Source: Eledone cirrhosa (lineage: Eukaryota). Taken from it: a stretch of 64,000 nt of DNA. This document shows positions 62,415 to 64,000 of the stretch, in pieces. Where the stretch lies: NCBI GenBank assembly GCA_964016885.1, contig OZ024742.1:320974001-321038000 (forward strand). Direction: 5' to 3'. The position numbers and the translations under genes were made by a program. Under the pieces are notes generated by a model. That model did no database searches. It was given only the letters and a program-made list of their open reading frames with translations, and was not told where the DNA came from. Position 1 is the first letter of the stretch, and every line of letters begins with the position of its first letter.

Positions 62415-64000
62415 GCCACCCCATACACCCATAATGCGCTTCAAAGAATGCCTCAACAGCATTAAATGCTTTATTCAACAGTGCCATTCTAGCAACATAC
62501 TTTTGATGGGAGACTTTAATCTACCCTGTCTCGATTGGTCTACAAACAGTTTGAAACCAGGCACAGCAACCTCAACCACTGGCAAAGAAGCTGTCGAGTC
62601 ACTTCTCGACTTTATGAATGAGCTTTTCTTGTCCCAACTTAGCATCAGAAGAACATTCCGCACCTAGTGTTTACTAACCACACTAACACTATACATAATA
62701 TTACAGTAAAAAAAACCTTCTCTCAGACCATGGTTCTTTGTAACCTGAGATTCCACCAGCCGAAAGCTAATCTTAGGGACTTCTTTCCAGTTCACCCATT
62801 TGATAACATGGATCTCTATAATGCCAACTGGGATGCAACCATGAACGAACTATCACATGTTGACTGGTCTTTTACACACGCACACATTTTCACCAACATC
62901 AAAACATCTTGGCAGATCTTTGTAGACTCTGTCAAAAATATATGTACAAAACGCACCCCACCAAAACCTGTGAACAAAACTAAGTGCAGTATCCCACAAA
63001 ACAGAAAAATAATTATCAGAAAAATAAAAAGAACAAACAAAAAAATTAACACACTAAAATACTGGCAACAGCAATACACACATTCGACGGCTATCGCCCT
63101 GCTTGAATAAAAATAAATATGACCTCCAACAATGCATGAAGACCATCACCAATAATCAGAGAACAGCTGAAGAGAGGTGGGCTATGAGAAAATCAAACTC
63201 AACCCCAAAGTGTTCTTTTCATTTGCTAAAAAAACAGAATGTCACTGTCTCCACTGTTGGCCCTCTAGTTGATAAAAATGGTATACTCCAAGATAATGCC
63301 AAATCCAAGGGCGAGATACTGCAGAAAAAATACTGCTCTGTTTTCAGCAATCCATATATAGCCGATCTGGGCTGTATCAGTGATGTTAATACCCAACACA
63401 CTATATCGGACATAACGTTTGGCGCCCCTGATGTCTTAGCGGCAATAAACGAAATTAAACGCAACTTAGCAGTAGGCCCCGACAGGTTCCCTGCTTGTGT
63501 CTTGAAGGTGTGTCGACACCAACTTGTATCTCCTCTTGCTAATCTGTGGAGGACCTCACTGGATACTGGCTATATTCCTGAAAACTTTCTGTCCCAGTCT
63601 GTTATCCCAGTCTTCAAAATGGGAAATAAGTCCCTTGCAGTGAACTACCGTCCGATCTCACTCACCTCTCATATCATCAAAGTATTTGAGAGGGTGGTGA
63701 GATCACGAATAACCCACTTTCTTGAAAGCAACGGCCTGCTGAAATCTACCAACATGGATTCCGTAATGGAAGGGACTGCCTAACGCAGCTCCTGCATCAC
63801 TTTAACGATGTTTTGAGAGCCTTGGGAGAGGGCTCCAACACTGATGTCATCTACCTTGATTTCAGCAAGGCCTTTGACAGGGTTGATCATAAGATTCTAC
63901 TGAAAAAACTATCCAATATTGGTGTCTCTGGAAAGTTACTACAGTGGATCAAATGTTTCCTGACAGACAGAACCCAACATATTGTACTCGAAGGAGTAAA
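62415..64000 (+). pseudogene. CR1-clade LINE ORF2 fragment (end of APE to RT), frameshifted; runs off the window
   Basis: MGDFNLP..DW, AVGPD, NYRPISLTSHIIKVFER, DVIYLDFSKAFDRVDH. Confidence 0.85.

Overview
Eukaryotic (animal) repeat-dense DNA with no host gene I can support. The dominant tRNA-derived SINE and the microsatellite load look like a cephalopod/octopus genome; that assignment is from memory and unchecked. Autonomous-element content: two full-length L1/Tx1-clade LINEs head-to-tail on the minus strand, each bounded by (GATA)n (the second has both ORFs intact); a near full-length R4/Dong-clade RLE element inside (CATA)n; a decayed Penelope-like (RT + GIY-YIG) element; and CRE-, RTE- and CR1-clade remnants. 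There are also about 15 SINE copies, small DNA-transposon MITEs and multi-kb (GGT/GTT)n arrays with higher-order structure. The least obvious layer is a set of hammerhead-ribozyme motifs. Four 300-430 bp fold-back palindromes in (TA)n each carry a type I hammerhead. One stand-alone hammerhead has a full stem III and an extended, bulged stem I. A small family has a U3-A8 core variant with compensatory stem changes. All structures were paired by eye; nothing was folded computationally or searched.
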